From Octopus sinensis (Eukaryota), in the NCBI RefSeq assembly GCF_006345805.1, contig NC_042998.1, positions 28,272,001-28,336,000 of the forward strand: DNA of 64,000 nt. The letters are read 5' to 3'. The notes under the pieces are model-generated. The model worked only from the letters and a program-made list of their open reading frames with translations, had not been told where the DNA came from and did no database searches. Positions 39,883 to 52,904 of this stretch are shown piece by piece; position 1 is the stretch's first letter; each line of letters opens with the position of its first letter. The position numbers were made by a program, and so were the translations under genes.

Positions 39883-40263
39883 TGCAATGGCCCAGTGGTT
39901 AGGGCAGCGGAGTCGCGGTCATAGGATCGCGGTTTCGATTCCCAGAACGGGCGTTGTGAGTGTTTATTGAGCGAAAACACCTAAAGCTCCACGAGGCTCC
40001 GGCAGGGGATGGTGGTGATCCCTGCTGTACTCTTTCACCGAAACCTTCTCTCACTCTTACTTCCTGTTTCTGTTGTACCTGTATTTCAAAGGGCCGGCCT
40101 TGTCACTCTCTGTGTCACGCTGAATATCCCCGAGAACTACGTTAATGGTACACGCGTCTGTGGAGTGCTCAGCCACTTACACATTAATTTCACGAGCAGG
40201 CTGTTCCGTTGATTCGGATCAACCGGAACCCTCATCGTCGTAACCGACGGAGTGCTTCCATCC
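39883..40263 (+). mobile_element. SINE family 2, tail type A, flanked by a 59-bp direct repeat
   Basis: 39824-39882 equals 40264-40322 with one mismatch. Confidence 0.9.
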
Positions 40264-40651
40264 ATTAATCAGCTTAAATTACAACCCAACACTACTTCAG
40301 CGAATTTAAATGTTCATATTCGGTTTAATGATTATCATAGCCGAATATTTAAAGAATTGTGCTACTCCATTTGACTTGTCTTCAAAAGAGTTACTGGACT
40401 TCCACATTCTTAGTAAAACTAGCATCTGTTAAATACAATAAAAAAATAAATTTTGACGATCATAAAACGATACCCCGTCCTTCAATATAGATCCCGTTTA
40501 GTTTCGTAATGTAATTTATCCGTTCATAAAATATTTTACCCTTTCTAAAATTTCTTTTAACATAAATGAATTTTTTAAAAAATATTGATACTGATCGTAA
40601 TAATTGTTTTAGTAGTAGCGAGACACTGCTATTACTGTTGCCGATGCTGCA

Positions 40652-40945
40652 ACTTCTTCTTCTTCTTCTTCTTCCTTTCCTTTTTCTTTTTTCCTTCTCC
40701 CGCTCCTCCTCCTCCTTCTTCTCCTTCTCCTTCTTCTCCTTCTTCGCCTTTACCTTCTTTTTATTCTTCTTCTTTGTCTTCTCCTCCTCCTTCTTCTCCT
40801 TCTCCTTCTCCTCCTTCTTCTCCTCCTCCCCTTCTTATTCCTCTCATTTTTCTTCTCATCCCTCACCTCCCACTCCTTCTTCGTCCTCTTCTTCTTCTTC
40901 TTCTTCTTCTCCTCATCCTCCTTCTCCCTCTCCTTTTTCTTCTTC
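40652..40945. repeat. Polypyrimidine (CTT/CCT)n tract
   Basis: Direct reading. Confidence 0.95.
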
Positions 40946-41811
40946 GTAACGGATAATGATGACAGTTACTGATTTGTTGCTTAAAACAAACCTCGTTAAG
41001 GGCTACGAAGCCATATGCCCTCTTAAACAGAATAGCACAATATAGCACTACAACGCATAGGTAAACTATGGGAAAATAATCAGAAAATATACGACAGCAT
41101 CAAATCTCAGATTGGAAAGTAAAAGGATTGGACAACAATCCATCTCCTTAATCATGGCTGCAATTCATTAAAATATATTCGAAAACATCAAGCAACGTTT
41201 CATAAATTTGTTGCGAAAGATTTCAATCAATTAATAACCAGACCAGAATCAACACACGATTAACTGGTTACGTGAAAGAAAACATCAGTTATTGAAAATG
41301 CTATGAGAAGATTATAAACCATCTATTTTGCATGAATGATTTGAAATTATTTACAAAAGACAAGGCCTAACTAGAAGATTTATTATTTCAAAGTCTGCTT
41401 GACATCAGCTGTGATAACAGAATACGGAATTGTGTGAAATATCCTCTCGGAAGGCACAAAGTAATTAAAACTGAAAGCATAAAAGCGTATTTGAATAATT
41501 AAATAAAAAATTAGAACAGAACCTCTCATAAAAGTATTGACAAAGAAAATGAAATGAGTTAGTATAATGGGGAAAAATGCATAACTCAATTATGGAAAAA
41601 TATGCATAAATTTAGTAGCCATGTGTTTCGTAGTATACAAATTAACTAAAAGAAGTAAGTTAATTGAATTAAAGTGAATACCAACATAGAGCTACTAAAT
41701 ATAGAATAGAATTAACCGTACGCAGCACGGAAATACATTGTTACAAGAGAGAATCATTTGTAAAGTATAGACTACAAGGCATTTAGAAAAGTACTTGGAA
41801 GCATAAAGGAA

Positions 41812-42265
41812 CTGTGCCTTTCATCCTTTCGGGGTCGATTAAATAATTACCAGTTACGCACTGGGATTGATATAATCGACTTAATCCGTTTGTCTGTCCT
41901 TGTTTGTCCTCTCTGTGTTTAGCCCCTTGTGGGCAGTAAAGAAATAGGTATTTCGTCTGTCTTTACGTTCTGAGTTCAAATTCCGCCGAGGTCGACTTTG
42001 CCTTTCATCCTTTCGGGGTCAATTAAATAAGTACCAGTTACGCACTGGGGTCGATATGATCGACTTAACTCGTTTGTCTGTCCTTATTTGTCCTCTCTGT
42101 GTTTAGCCCTTTGTGGGCAGTAAAGAAATAGGTATTTCGTCTGTCTTTACGTTCTGAGTTCAAATTCGCCGAGTTCAACTTTGGCTTTCATCCTCTCGAG
42201 GTCGATTAAATTAAGTACCAGTTGTGTACTGGGGTCGATCGAATCTACTGACACCCTCCGCAAAA
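41812..42265 (+). mobile_element. SINE family 3 concatemer (about three units)
   Basis: Units joined at 'aagaaata|ggtatttcgtc'. Confidence 0.9.
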
Positions 42266-42640
42266 GAGTTCAAAGTAAAACTGTGTGTTTATCTATTTAA
42301 GGAAACAGTAAATTATCAAGCAGAGATGTGTAGAATAGTACAGAATTATACAAGTGATAAAAAGACAAAATCAAAATGGAACTCAGAGGTATTTTATAAG
42401 TTTGAAGGTAAATATTCTATTGTGCTAAAAATATAGCACAAGGAAGAAGTCAGTCTAAAAGTAATAATTGGTTAAATGTTCCGAGCTAAAAGTTAAAAAT
42501 TAAAAAAAATCAATATGTGAATCTATTGACTATAAAATTGATCCACAGAAACACCACTTCAATCTGGCGCTGCAGTCTTTGAAGACGAATATATCTATTA
42601 ATACGAGAGAGTAGATAGGTATATTGACCGGACACTTCTA

Positions 42641-42860
42641 CGAGGAGGTACCCCAAAGTAACCGGAAACGTTCCCTTTGGGACAAGACCGTTGTAATTCA
42701 GGCTTCCGCTGCTAGAAGCCACTTCATACGACCCCCAGATATTAGTATGCCGACCGGCATCGTCGAAGGAAGTCGTTGCCACGTGGTGCGACTTTGTTTT
42801 GCAGGGCTTCCTCTGATTGCCAGATTTTTGCGATGTAGAAAAGAATACATTATATGTATC
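42641..42860 (+). mobile_element. Probable mariner-type left end, truncated
   Basis: TA|CGAGGAGGTACCCCAAAGTAACCGGAA resembles a mariner TIR; no partner TIR found. Confidence 0.4.
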
Positions 42861-43410
42861 ATATCTGGCAGAAACGATAGTATGCTGGGCGAAATGCTTA
42901 GCGGTATTTCGTCTGCGCTACGTTCTAAGTTCAGATTCCGCCGAGGTCGACTTTGCCTTTCATCCTTTTGGGGTCGATAAATTAAGTACCAGTTACGCAC
43001 TGCGGTCAATATAATCGACGTAATCCGTTTGACTGTCCTCTCTGTGTTTAGCCCCTTGTGGGTAGTAAAGAAATAGGTATTTCCTCTGTCGCTACGTTCT
43101 GAGTTCAAACACCGCCAAGGTCATCTTTGCCTTTCATCCTTTCGGGTTCGATAAATTATGTACCAGTTACGCACTGGGGTTGATATAATCGACTTAATCT
43201 GTTTGTCTGTCCTTGTTTGTCCTCTCTGTGTTTAGTCCCTTGTGGCTAGTAAAGAAATAGGTATTTCGTCTGTCTTTACGTTCTGAGTTCAAATTCCGCC
43301 GAGGTCGACTTCGCCTTTCATCCTTTCGGGGTCCATAAATTAAGTACCAGTTGCGTACTGGGGTCGATCGAATCGACTGGCACCCTCCGCAAAAATCTCG
43401 GGCCTCATGC
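42860..43410 (+). mobile_element. SINE family 3 concatemer (about three to four units)
   Basis: Repeated bodies. Confidence 0.9.
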
Positions 43411-43630
43411 CAAGAGTAGAAAAGAATATTAGTACAATTATATTGAATACTCTAATGCTTATTTCTAGAATTACTGCTATCGTAAATGAATTTTGACATC
43501 CAAAAGCACAATCCACATTTGTCTTCCCTGGTCAACAGGATATAGCAAATATTTCATAGATTGTTCCACATAATACGTGCAGCTAAAATCAGTAATGTAT
43601 ATATTTGCATAAAGCTGATACTTTTCTCAG

Positions 43631-43672
43631 GAAATGGCAATACACTGAGGTTTGAAGTGAAAACATTCTACA
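43631..43672 (+). CDS. Candidate host coding exon (GNGNTLRFEVKTFY), unidentified
   Basis: Acceptor cttttctcag, donor gtaaga, 42 nt open, phase 1-1; no homology evidence. Confidence 0.2.
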
Positions 43673-44119
43673 GTAAGAAGGAAACTGCACAATAGACAAA
43701 ACAAACGACGCGAGATAATGTGCAATATTATCGATCGTATTAGGACCGAATACAATTGATGCAATCAATGCCATAGCACAGTAAACAGTTATACCATGAT
43801 TCCATTTGTAGAGACCAAAAATATCTGATAAAGAATAATGGTTACAAACAAAATATTAGTTTCAAATTTTGGCAATAGAAACTTTGAGCTGTGATGAAGG
43901 CTAAATCGACCCCAGTGGTATTTGAACTCAGAACTTCTCTCAGCTCATTGCCTTAGTCCCGAACAAAATATTAACACGTTATGGACAAAATTAGAGAGTG
44001 GGATTCCAGACGGCGAGTGTTACACTATATTTTGTAATATTGTGAATGAGAAAAATTTTTGGCAGTGATATTTCTGGCTTTATTTGTAACAATATTATAA
44101 GTGATAACAATATTGGTAC

Positions 44120-44622
44120 ATTTCTATATTTAAGAGACGAGGAATTATGTACATTATTTACATTAATTAACAGTAGACTAACATCGCAAAGCTGTGACAT
44201 CAGGAGATATTTATAAATCGGGTATCGCTGATCATGTATGGAAAAATGGAGACCACCTCCCCCTGTGAGTTGAAGTTAAAATAATAGACAGAGAACACCT
44301 CTGGAAAATATACAGACCGAGTGCAGATATGAGCAGCATATGGGAATCGGTATTAAGGAAGGATAGGAAAATATTAGATTTATAAGCCTTAAAATTCATT
44401 CCATTTAGCGTAGCGGTTAAGGGCGCAGGCTACTAACCTTAAGATTCTGAGTTCGATTCCAAGCAGTGACCTGAACAATAATAATAATAATAATAATAAC
44501 AACATCGAAAAATACCTTAGGAATGAGAACCCAGGTTCGAAATTTCCCCAAGTGTATATCAGCCAATACGTTGTGTTAACAACAAACAAGATGAGGACAA
44601 ATATCCGTCGAATGTAAATAAT
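44120..44622 (+). mobile_element. Second copy of the 6.3-kb PLE family: 3' end with inverted terminal piece
   Basis: 44185-44620 is homologous to the reverse complement of 6330-6830; 44120-44163 is the inverted tail; hammerhead 5' half deleted. Confidence 0.8.
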
Positions 44623-45499
44623 GAACAATATTGATTCCTATCTCCGGCACCAGGTACACGACCACCCAAAGGAACCAATCGATCACATCGGTATATAGTT
44701 GGCTCGATGAAAAGCAAAGTTAATGTCGACGCAAATTAATACCACAAGGTTCTGCTTCTCAAAAATCTTTAAAAATGATAGTAACATCATTGTTAGCGAT
44801 GCGCATATAATATTGATGTTTTATAGATTAAATTACTAAATTAAATTAATAATTTACATATTAGTAGTTTCAAATACATTGACGAAAGCCATCATACACA
44901 TTTTGCAGGAAATGTAGCTTGTGCTTACAATACGATTCAAGACAATCCTCTTGGAATGAAGTGGAATTTTACCTTAAATAATTACAAATACGATTAACAG
45001 TTTAGCTAGAACATAGCTAGAGAAGATGAAGAATCTCTATGAAGAACTGAGGATCTTTTAAACCTCCATTCTTATTGTCAACCTTCGTTCGATATTTAAA
45101 ACAATAGACAATAACAATAGACGAAAAACGGAATATATAATAGTCATTTAAGAACGCTAATTAAACACAAAGAAAGCACTTTACGTTGCAGAAAAATGCT
45201 ATTTAGAACAAAGAATATTCTATAGACGGGAGGAATGCTTAAAACGTAAAACATACTTTACATGACGAAAAATGTAAAGTACCTCAATTAAGTGCAGACA
45301 TGTTTTTAAGGAAATTGATAAAAGTGCTTCTAGTTTGGTAAATAATCATGTCGTAACTAAGTAACAAACGTGAGTCAAATAATTGAGGCTTAAGAACAAA
45401 AAAATCCCTTTTACAGAATGCAATTAAAAGTAATAGTTTTAGGGAAACTGGTATTTGAGACATATTCTTCAAACACTATATTTTACGGTAACAATCATG

Positions 45500-45670
45500 G
45501 AACTCCGTCGGTTACAACGACTAGGGTCCCAGTTGATCCAATCAACGGAACAGCCTGCTTGTGAAATTAACGTACCAGTGGCTGAGCACTTCACAGACAC
45601 GTGTACCCTTAACGTAGCTTTCGGAGAGATTTAGCGTGACCCAGAGTGTGACAAGGCTGGCCTTTTGAAA
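45500..45670 (-). mobile_element. SINE tail type A fragment
   Basis: Reverse complement of the family 2 tail. Confidence 0.8.
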
Positions 45671-45774
45671 TATGCTAGATATAGACGTCAAAATCGCTAT
45701 TTTCCACGAAGAATGTGTTCTTGAGAACACATTCTTCGTGGAAAATAGCGATTTTGACGTCTATATCTAGCATA
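45671..45774. repeat. Perfect palindrome, 51-bp arms
   Basis: TATGCTAGAT...GTGTTCT-TG-AGAACAC...ATCTAGCATA. Confidence 0.95.
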
Positions 45775-45913
45775 TAGACTGTCCACTTTTAGCAGTCAGT
45801 CCTATAAATTTTGTATGTAAAAAAAGTTTTAATCGATTTTTTAAAAAGTATGCTAGGCCACTGGTTTTAATTGATTAATATCAATTTCTACCCTTATTTA
45901 ATTTATATATATA

Positions 45914-46311
45914 CTAGCAGTATCGCCCGGCGTTGCTCGGGTTTGTAAGGGAAATAACTATATAAGCATTTTTAGAGAGTTATAGCCAAAAAATAGCAAA
46001 AAAATGCATTAAAAATAGTAAAAAAAATGATGGTAAATTTTTTTAAAAATCGTTGACTCATCGTAGACATTTTTAGAGAGTTACTTCCCTTATATAATAG
46101 CGAAAACATGCATTAAAATGGAAAAGAATGATGGTAATTTTTTTTTAAATCATAGACTCATCGTAGACGCGCGCTAATACCCAGAAGGGCTCGATATGAA
46201 TCACGACTATAAGATACCCGGTTTTGGTGAAACTGCACCGCAAAATGTGGGAGTAGTTAGGAATCTAAATCGTAGGAGACAGACACACAACTTCTCTTTT
46301 ATATATAAAGA
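45914..46311 (-). mobile_element. Non-autonomous Helitron
   Basis: Minus A|TC-TTTATATATAAAAG ... CCCGAGCAACGCCGGGCGATACTG-CTAG|T; same 3' end type as 5279-5677. Confidence 0.85.
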
Positions 46312-47065
46312 TATATATACACATATATGCTGTTTTTGGCAGCTAGAAGTATCTGGGATTGATAGCATTAAAAACAGTCGTTCGTTATACCGTGTCATAT
46401 TGCATATCAGAGTTATGTGGTTTTTTACCGGAAGGACAATGAAGACAGAAAGGTAGATGAACGTGTATATTGATCCTTGTAATTGTTGGCTCATCTCCAA
46501 CGTGATAGCAACCTATAAACCTATCTCCGAAGCTTTATTCAACCGTAACATTTACAAAGCTTTTTTTCGTCCTATGGAATAATTAACCAACCCTTTTGTA
46601 AACTCCTACGGAATTATTAATCAGCTCCTTATTAAAAAAAAATTGTGCGAAAATATTCGAAGCCCAACATATACAACGCATAGATTTGTGTCCCCTTATC
46701 GTATTAAAACTGTGAAAATGCACAGAACTGTTAAATCCTTATTGAATTTTTGCAAAGTACAATGACAACATATTGGACTCGTTTAATATGAAACTCCAAC
46801 AAAGCCGCCGCAGCAAAGCTTTAGCCTCGCATGATATTTTTCAGTTTATTCGAAGATATTACATCTGGCTTTTACGTTATTCTATATTTATTCAGTTGGA
46901 GTTGGCTATAAACCAGCCAATTTAAATCACATAAAGAGATGGCCAATCTCACCCTCAAGCATCTCTTTATGCATAGCCTACTATTATGTATCGTAAATGG
47001 TTTTTAAATTGAATGTCTGATCAGCATTCAAAAGAAATTTAGTAAAAATATCATATTTTCTATAG

Positions 47066-47121
47066 GATTGCAAGATGTACAAAGACGGAAATCCAGCAGA
47101 GCAGATGCGCGAGTAAAACAG
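47066..47121 (+). CDS. Candidate host coding exon (LQDVQRRKSSRADARVKQ), unidentified
   Basis: Acceptor tattttctatag, donor CAG|gtaaag, open in phase 1-0, phase-compatible with 43631-43672. Confidence 0.25.
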
Positions 47122-47211
47122 GTAAAGGCGAAATTTCACGAAGAAAAGATAACACAATTGTTTTAGATTCTAGAAATATTTGATAATATTTGAAAGTAAA
47201 TGTGCGTATGA

Positions 47212-47305
47212 GAGAGAGAGGGGGGAGAGAAGAAGAAAAAGAAGAAGAGGAAGAAGGAGAGGGAGAAGGAGAAGAAGATGAGGAGAAGTAGAAGAAGAAG
47301 AAGAA
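47212..47305. repeat. Polypurine (GAA/GGA)n tract
   Basis: Direct reading. Confidence 0.9.
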
Positions 47306-47790
47306 GGATGTCCAGATGCAAGCTCAAAAGAAATAATTTAACAGTCGAACAAAAAGTAATTTAAATAGGAAAACCACCGACTGTAAGATGAATATATTGC
47401 ACATTCAGGTTGAAAATGTTATTGGAACAAACCAAGGTTATGTTGACAGCACTGTTAAGAGTATTCTATGAGGGAAACCTATCAAGCATACAACGATTCC
47501 ACTTTGAATGAGTCAACGGCTGCTTAAGGCAGTGGTTTCAATGTTACCTGCATGTTACCATGCAAAACACGGAGGGTTTCTTTTATCCTCATAGCAACAA
47601 ATCTATCAGGTAAATGCGTCAATTTCGAACAATTAACATGAAATTCTAAGATTGCAAGACATGAACTGTACTGAAGAGATATAAACACCATCAGCAAAAG
47701 TTCTACTACATGTCACTCGATCCGTTAAACCTACTGTATAGGAAAGACGATATCTAAGGAGTATGTAGGTTGTATTAGACGCCCTAAGAC

Positions 47791-48099
47791 GCACTCCGTC
47801 GGTTACGACGAGCTGATACGATCAACGGAACAGCCTGCTCATGAATTTAACGTGCAAGTGACTGAGCACTCCACAGACATGCGTACCCCTAACGTAGTTC
47901 TCAGGGAGATTCAGCATGACATAAAGTGTGACGAGGCCAGCCCTTTGAAATACAGGTACAACTCATTTTTGCCAGCTGAGTGGACTGGAGCAACGTGAAA
48001 TAAAGTGTCTTGCTCAAGGGCACAACGCGTCGCCGGAAATCGAACTCATGACCTTACAATCGTGAACCGAATGCCCTAACCACTAAGCCACGCGCCTTC
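47791..48099 (-). mobile_element. Hybrid SINE: family 1-like head and central domain with tail type A
   Basis: Head 'gaaggcgcgtggcttagtgg', 'cttgagcaagacact' domain, then family 2 tail; ~13-bp TSD ATTAGACGCC(C/T)TA. Confidence 0.85.
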
Positions 48100-48769
48100 T
48101 CATTAGACGCCTTACATGTAAGATTAACATGTAACCATTTATTTTCCAAATTGCTGGTACCCTTTGTCGATCGCAAAGTACTTTGTGACGGACGTAGGAT
48201 GATATTTGGCACAAAATGCACAGAACCGAAAGAGACCGAAACGCATACCATCCCACGAGCTAAGAATTTCACTTGAGCATGACCCTTGACTAATACATAT
48301 TTGACCCCGAAAAAATAAATGGCAAAGTTTGTTTTTTTTTCCAGTAGGATTTGAACTCAAATCTTTGAAATCGAAACAAATACATACGGTGTTCTTTGAA
48401 CTCTTAAAGATCCTATCTAATTGCTGCCGATAAGGCTTGAACGAAACAGCAGTAATATCAACATTAACATGCGGGAGAAACCTGTCATCACTAGGTATTA
48501 TAAAGGGAATACCTTGAATTCGTACACTGTTCATAAGAAACAGCGTACGTGTAGTTTGTGTTCGGAATAAGGAATTAAAATTTGCACCGGGATATAATGG
48601 GCTAATAATTACGCAATATACTTTTTGATACAATTACGTATTGAAAGCTGTACGTATACACCTGGTCCGTTGAATGTTAATATAACGCCATCATCATATA
48701 ATGTATGCAATCGCTACGTAACATAGTAGCACATGAAACTTTACAGAACACCCATATATATTTCTTTAT

Positions 48770-49165
48770 TGCCCACAAGGGGCTAAACATAGAGAGGATA
48801 AACAAAGACAGACAAAAAGATTAAGTCAATTACATCGACTCCAGTGCGTAACAGGTACTTAATTTATCGACACCGAAAGGATGAAAGGCAAAGTCGACCT
48901 CGGGGGAATTTGAACTCAGAACGTATCGGCAGACAAAATACCTATTTCTTTACTGCCCACAAGGGGCTACACAGAAAGGACAAACAAGGACAGACAAAAC
49001 GGATTAAGTCGATTATATCGACCCCAGTGCGTAACTTGTACTTATTTAATCGACTCCGAAAGGACGAAAGGCAAAGTTGACCTCGGCGGAATTTGAACTC
49101 AGAACGTAACGAAATACCGCTAAGCATATTGCCCGGCGTGCTAACGTTTCTGCCAGCTCGCCGCT
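48770..49165 (-). mobile_element. SINE family 3 concatemer
   Basis: Two bodies plus head. Confidence 0.9.
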
Positions 49166-49716
49166 TTTAGAACACCCATATAAACAGAGTCATTCGCCAA
49201 CAAATAACATGATTCACGTTTTGTATATTCCACACAATACACTGATGAACCACGAGTGTAACACCACAAAATAAAATGAAATTCCACAACGAAGGAAAAT
49301 AAGTCCAGAAAAGAAATACAATTTTATACATATCGAAGATGATGCTAGTCACACGACTAGAACATGTTTAAGAGCGTAGCGAAGCAGGAACTTGTATGGA
49401 GCGGTTGAAAACACGAAAATAATTGTTTCTTGAATTATTACACAACGAATATTGAAAATATGTCTTGTTACATTATTAAATGACAATGACGACAAAAAAT
49501 AAATAAAATATATATATATATATATGTCTCCAAATCAATAATTTGGTATCGTATGTGCCAATTCTACCATTCTGAAATTGTTTTTTGTTTTTGTTTTAAT
49601 AAGCATACACCTTTACTCTGCGATAAAATTCTCACACTTGATTGAGTTTAAATATATGTTTTCGCAACTTACACTCTGTTGAAAAAAATAATTCAAATAT
49701 AAATATGCGTGGGAAT

Positions 49717-49755
<39 letters not shown>

Positions 49756-50105
49756 TGTGCCTGTGTTCAGAGTTAAGATTATTCCTTTTTCTGGGAAAAA
49801 CTTTCTCCAACATTGTGCATTGATTTTCATTTTATTTCTCACACATATATCTACATATGTAAATGAAATCATATATTCTCACAATGTGTATGTATGTATA
49901 CACACACACACACATATATACATATACATACATATATATATATATATATAATATATATATATTATATATATATATATTATATATATATATATTTATAACC
50001 TTGCTGTTATGTTCAGTTATAATAAAAACAATTCTGCATTCATCTGGTTGGTTGCTCTATACTTTTATAACGTATAAATCTATGATAGTGACTTCGAATT
50101 GTATA

Positions 50106-50503
50106 CTCTTACTCTTTTACTCTTATACTTGTTTCAGTCATTTGACTGTGGCCATGCTGGCGAACCGCCTGAAGTAGAGCAAATCGACCCCAGGACTTAT
50201 TCTTTGTAAGCCTAGTACTTATTCTATTGGTCTCTTTGGCCGAACCGCTAAGTTACGGGGACGTAAACACACCAGCATAGGTTGTCAAGCGATTTTGGGG
50301 GGACAAACACACAAACACACACACACACACATGTATATACATATACATATATACGACGGGTTTCTTTCAGTTTCCGTCTACCAAATCCACTCACAAGGCT
50401 TTGGTCGGCCCGAGGCTGTAGAAGAAGACATTTGTCCAAGGTGCCACGCCAATGGGACTGAACCCGGAACCATGTGGTTCGTAAGCAAGCCACTCCTGCG
50501 CCT
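50106..50503 (-). mobile_element. SINE family 4
   Basis: Similarity to other copies. Confidence 0.9.
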
Positions 50504-50516
50504 ATATGTATGTATA

Positions 50517-51383
50517 CATGGTGATGTAAAGTAACTCAGCATTAAAAATATAGAATTTTTAGTATCACTCAAGTCGTGACGAAAACATTTTTTTAAACAG
50601 ACAACACTAATGGGGATTTCTTATTTTCTTATTGTTTTATTTCCTATTTCTTAATTTCCAGACGGCCGGTCGCTTGACTGTTCAGAAGCGCACTAAGATA
50701 GCAGCACGCTTTGAAGGGTGGAATTCCATTGTTTTAGTCCAGAGATGTTGGCGTGCATGGAAATGTAAGCATGCAAATCTATGTTCAAAAACAATAAAAA
50801 GTTGTCATGCAAAGCTGATGACCACGGGCTCTGTGAACGATGTAAGAAGTGGTCGTCCAACCATATCTCGATTAATGGAACACGTGGCAACAGTGCAGGA
50901 AATGTGTAATCGCAGCCCACAAAGATCAACAGGTCAAGCAGCTCGTGAAAGTGGGCTAACAAGACACACAATACGTAAGGTGCTGTACCATGCCTGCCGG
51001 AGCTAAAACCTGAAGACTGTGACCGTAGAAGTCCGGAAGTCCAGAACTCCAAGGAGTCCAGATCTCATTCTATGTGATTTTTACCTGTGGGGTTACACAA
51101 AAGAGGACATGTACAAGACAAAACCTCGCACTCTGGAGGACTTGGAGACACGGATTCAGGGGTTTTTCAATGATATCCCAAATGACATCCTTGCTTCGTT
51201 CATTCCAACCCTGGCCATTTGAGGAAACTGGTTGACGCCAGTGGTACTTACGTTGAAATATGAAAATTTACTTTCATTTTCCCATGTAAGAAAGAACATG
51301 TAACATTTGTTTCAATAAAACTGTAAAAGGAATATGGATTTTATGACCAATTTTTAATGCCTACATACTTTTCACTCACCTTG
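50517..51383 (+). mobile_element. Internally deleted Tc1/mariner transposon
   Basis: N-terminal HTH-like region (TGSV..VRSGRP...SPQRSTGQAARESGL) and C-terminal PRSPDL..CDFYLWGY.K..YKTKPRTLEDL; catalytic middle missing; imperfect ~35-bp TIRs. Confidence 0.85.
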
Positions 51384-51411
51384 TGTGTATGTATGTATAT
51401 ACATAAGCATC

Positions 51412-51488
<77 letters not shown>

Positions 51489-51768
51489 GTATGTATATAA
51501 ATGTATGTGTATACATGTGTGAGAGTTCAATGTTCAGGTTCACACTCTGCATTCAGTATTTAACATTTTATTTCGTAAATTACCCCTAAAAAGGAACTAC
51601 GTCGTTAAATATGCAATAATCCACATGCTAAAGAAAAGTGTCCAAGGTTCTGGATACTTATAAATATGTTAACACATGTGTATCAATGATATTCATAGTT
51701 GCTTTATCTTTTATAGAAATATTAATATTTCTAAGTCTCTCTAAAGGAGTCTACGGCAGTGGTACTGG

Positions 51769-51963
51769 ATATTAATAGTTACCGCCAAGCTAATATGGCA
51801 GTCCAGAAATATAGAACGAATGCTGCCGTTGATTAGCTCCAAGAGTTCATCGCTAGCTAGTCACATAGCTAGCTAGAGGCGATGGCCTCTTGGAGCTAAT
51901 CAACGGCAGCATTCCTCCTGTATTTCTGGACTGCCATATTAGCTTTGCGATAACTATTAATAT
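51769..51963. repeat. ~195-bp imperfect foldback hairpin (MITE-like)
   Basis: Arms ~80 bp, about 90% complementary; nested TAGCTAG palindromes in the loop. Confidence 0.85.
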
Positions 51964-52617
51964 TTATCGCTTTATCTTATGCGTCCAGGATTGTTTCTTT
52001 ATTAGAAATATATCTTCTTATTGGTGTGAGGTACTCTTGCCTCTTACTCTCTGAAATTTATAGTTAATACTTTAGAGAAATTAAATTCTTTAAATAAATT
52101 ATGATTGATACAAAGCTAAGTATCAAGGATTTTTCATTTGTTAAAAGAAAACGAAGGTGGGATCAAATGTAATTCTTACAAACAGTATTACTGTCAATTC
52201 TGAATATCGGTTTAAGATTTAAAAAAACTGGAAATATAATTTTTGGAGGGTTAAATTGTAATATCTATTCCTACTTAAAAGTGGATGGTTTATTAAAACA
52301 AACTACTGCGGTAGTTACCATGAGAGGAACTGTTGTAGGGATGTTTTGGTGCAAAATGCCCTCACGTTTATATTGCAAGCGGAGAGATAAATTTGCACTA
52401 TCTCCAGCGCCGAAACCACCAGATCACATAATTTCGACTTTGTTTGGTCTTCACAATGATGGACACCCGACCACTGGAGACAGCTGCCATTCATCTACCC
52501 GTCGGTGATACATGGATTGACAGCGCCAAGACTCTATCACTAATATATAGTTTTGAACAAGCTATCTGACAAATTTATCTCCCCACAAGCGATATAAACG
52601 AGAGTACATTTTGCACC

Positions 52618-52904
52618 GTGGAGGCGCAATGGTCCAGTGGTGAGCACAGCAGACTCGCGGTCGAAGAATCGCGGTTTCGATTCCCAGACCGGGCGTTGTG
52701 TGTGTTTATTAAGCGAAAACGCCTAAGCCTCCACGAGACTCTTGCTGGGGGTAGTGGCGATCCCTGTTGTACTCTTTCGCCACAACTTTCTCTGCTGCGA
52801 TGGACTGGCGTCCCGTCAAGCTGTGGGGAAAACGTACGCCACAGAAACCGGGAAACCGGCACAATAAGCCTGGTTAGGCTTGATAAGGGCGACGGTTGTC
52901 GTTT
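52618..52904 (+). mobile_element. SINE family 2, tail type C
   Basis: 13-bp TSD TACATTTTGCACC (52605-52617, 52905-52917). Confidence 0.9.

Noticed and set aside
40566-41048. Poly-Ser/Leu/Arg ORFs
   Set aside because: Translations of the (CTT/CCT)n tract
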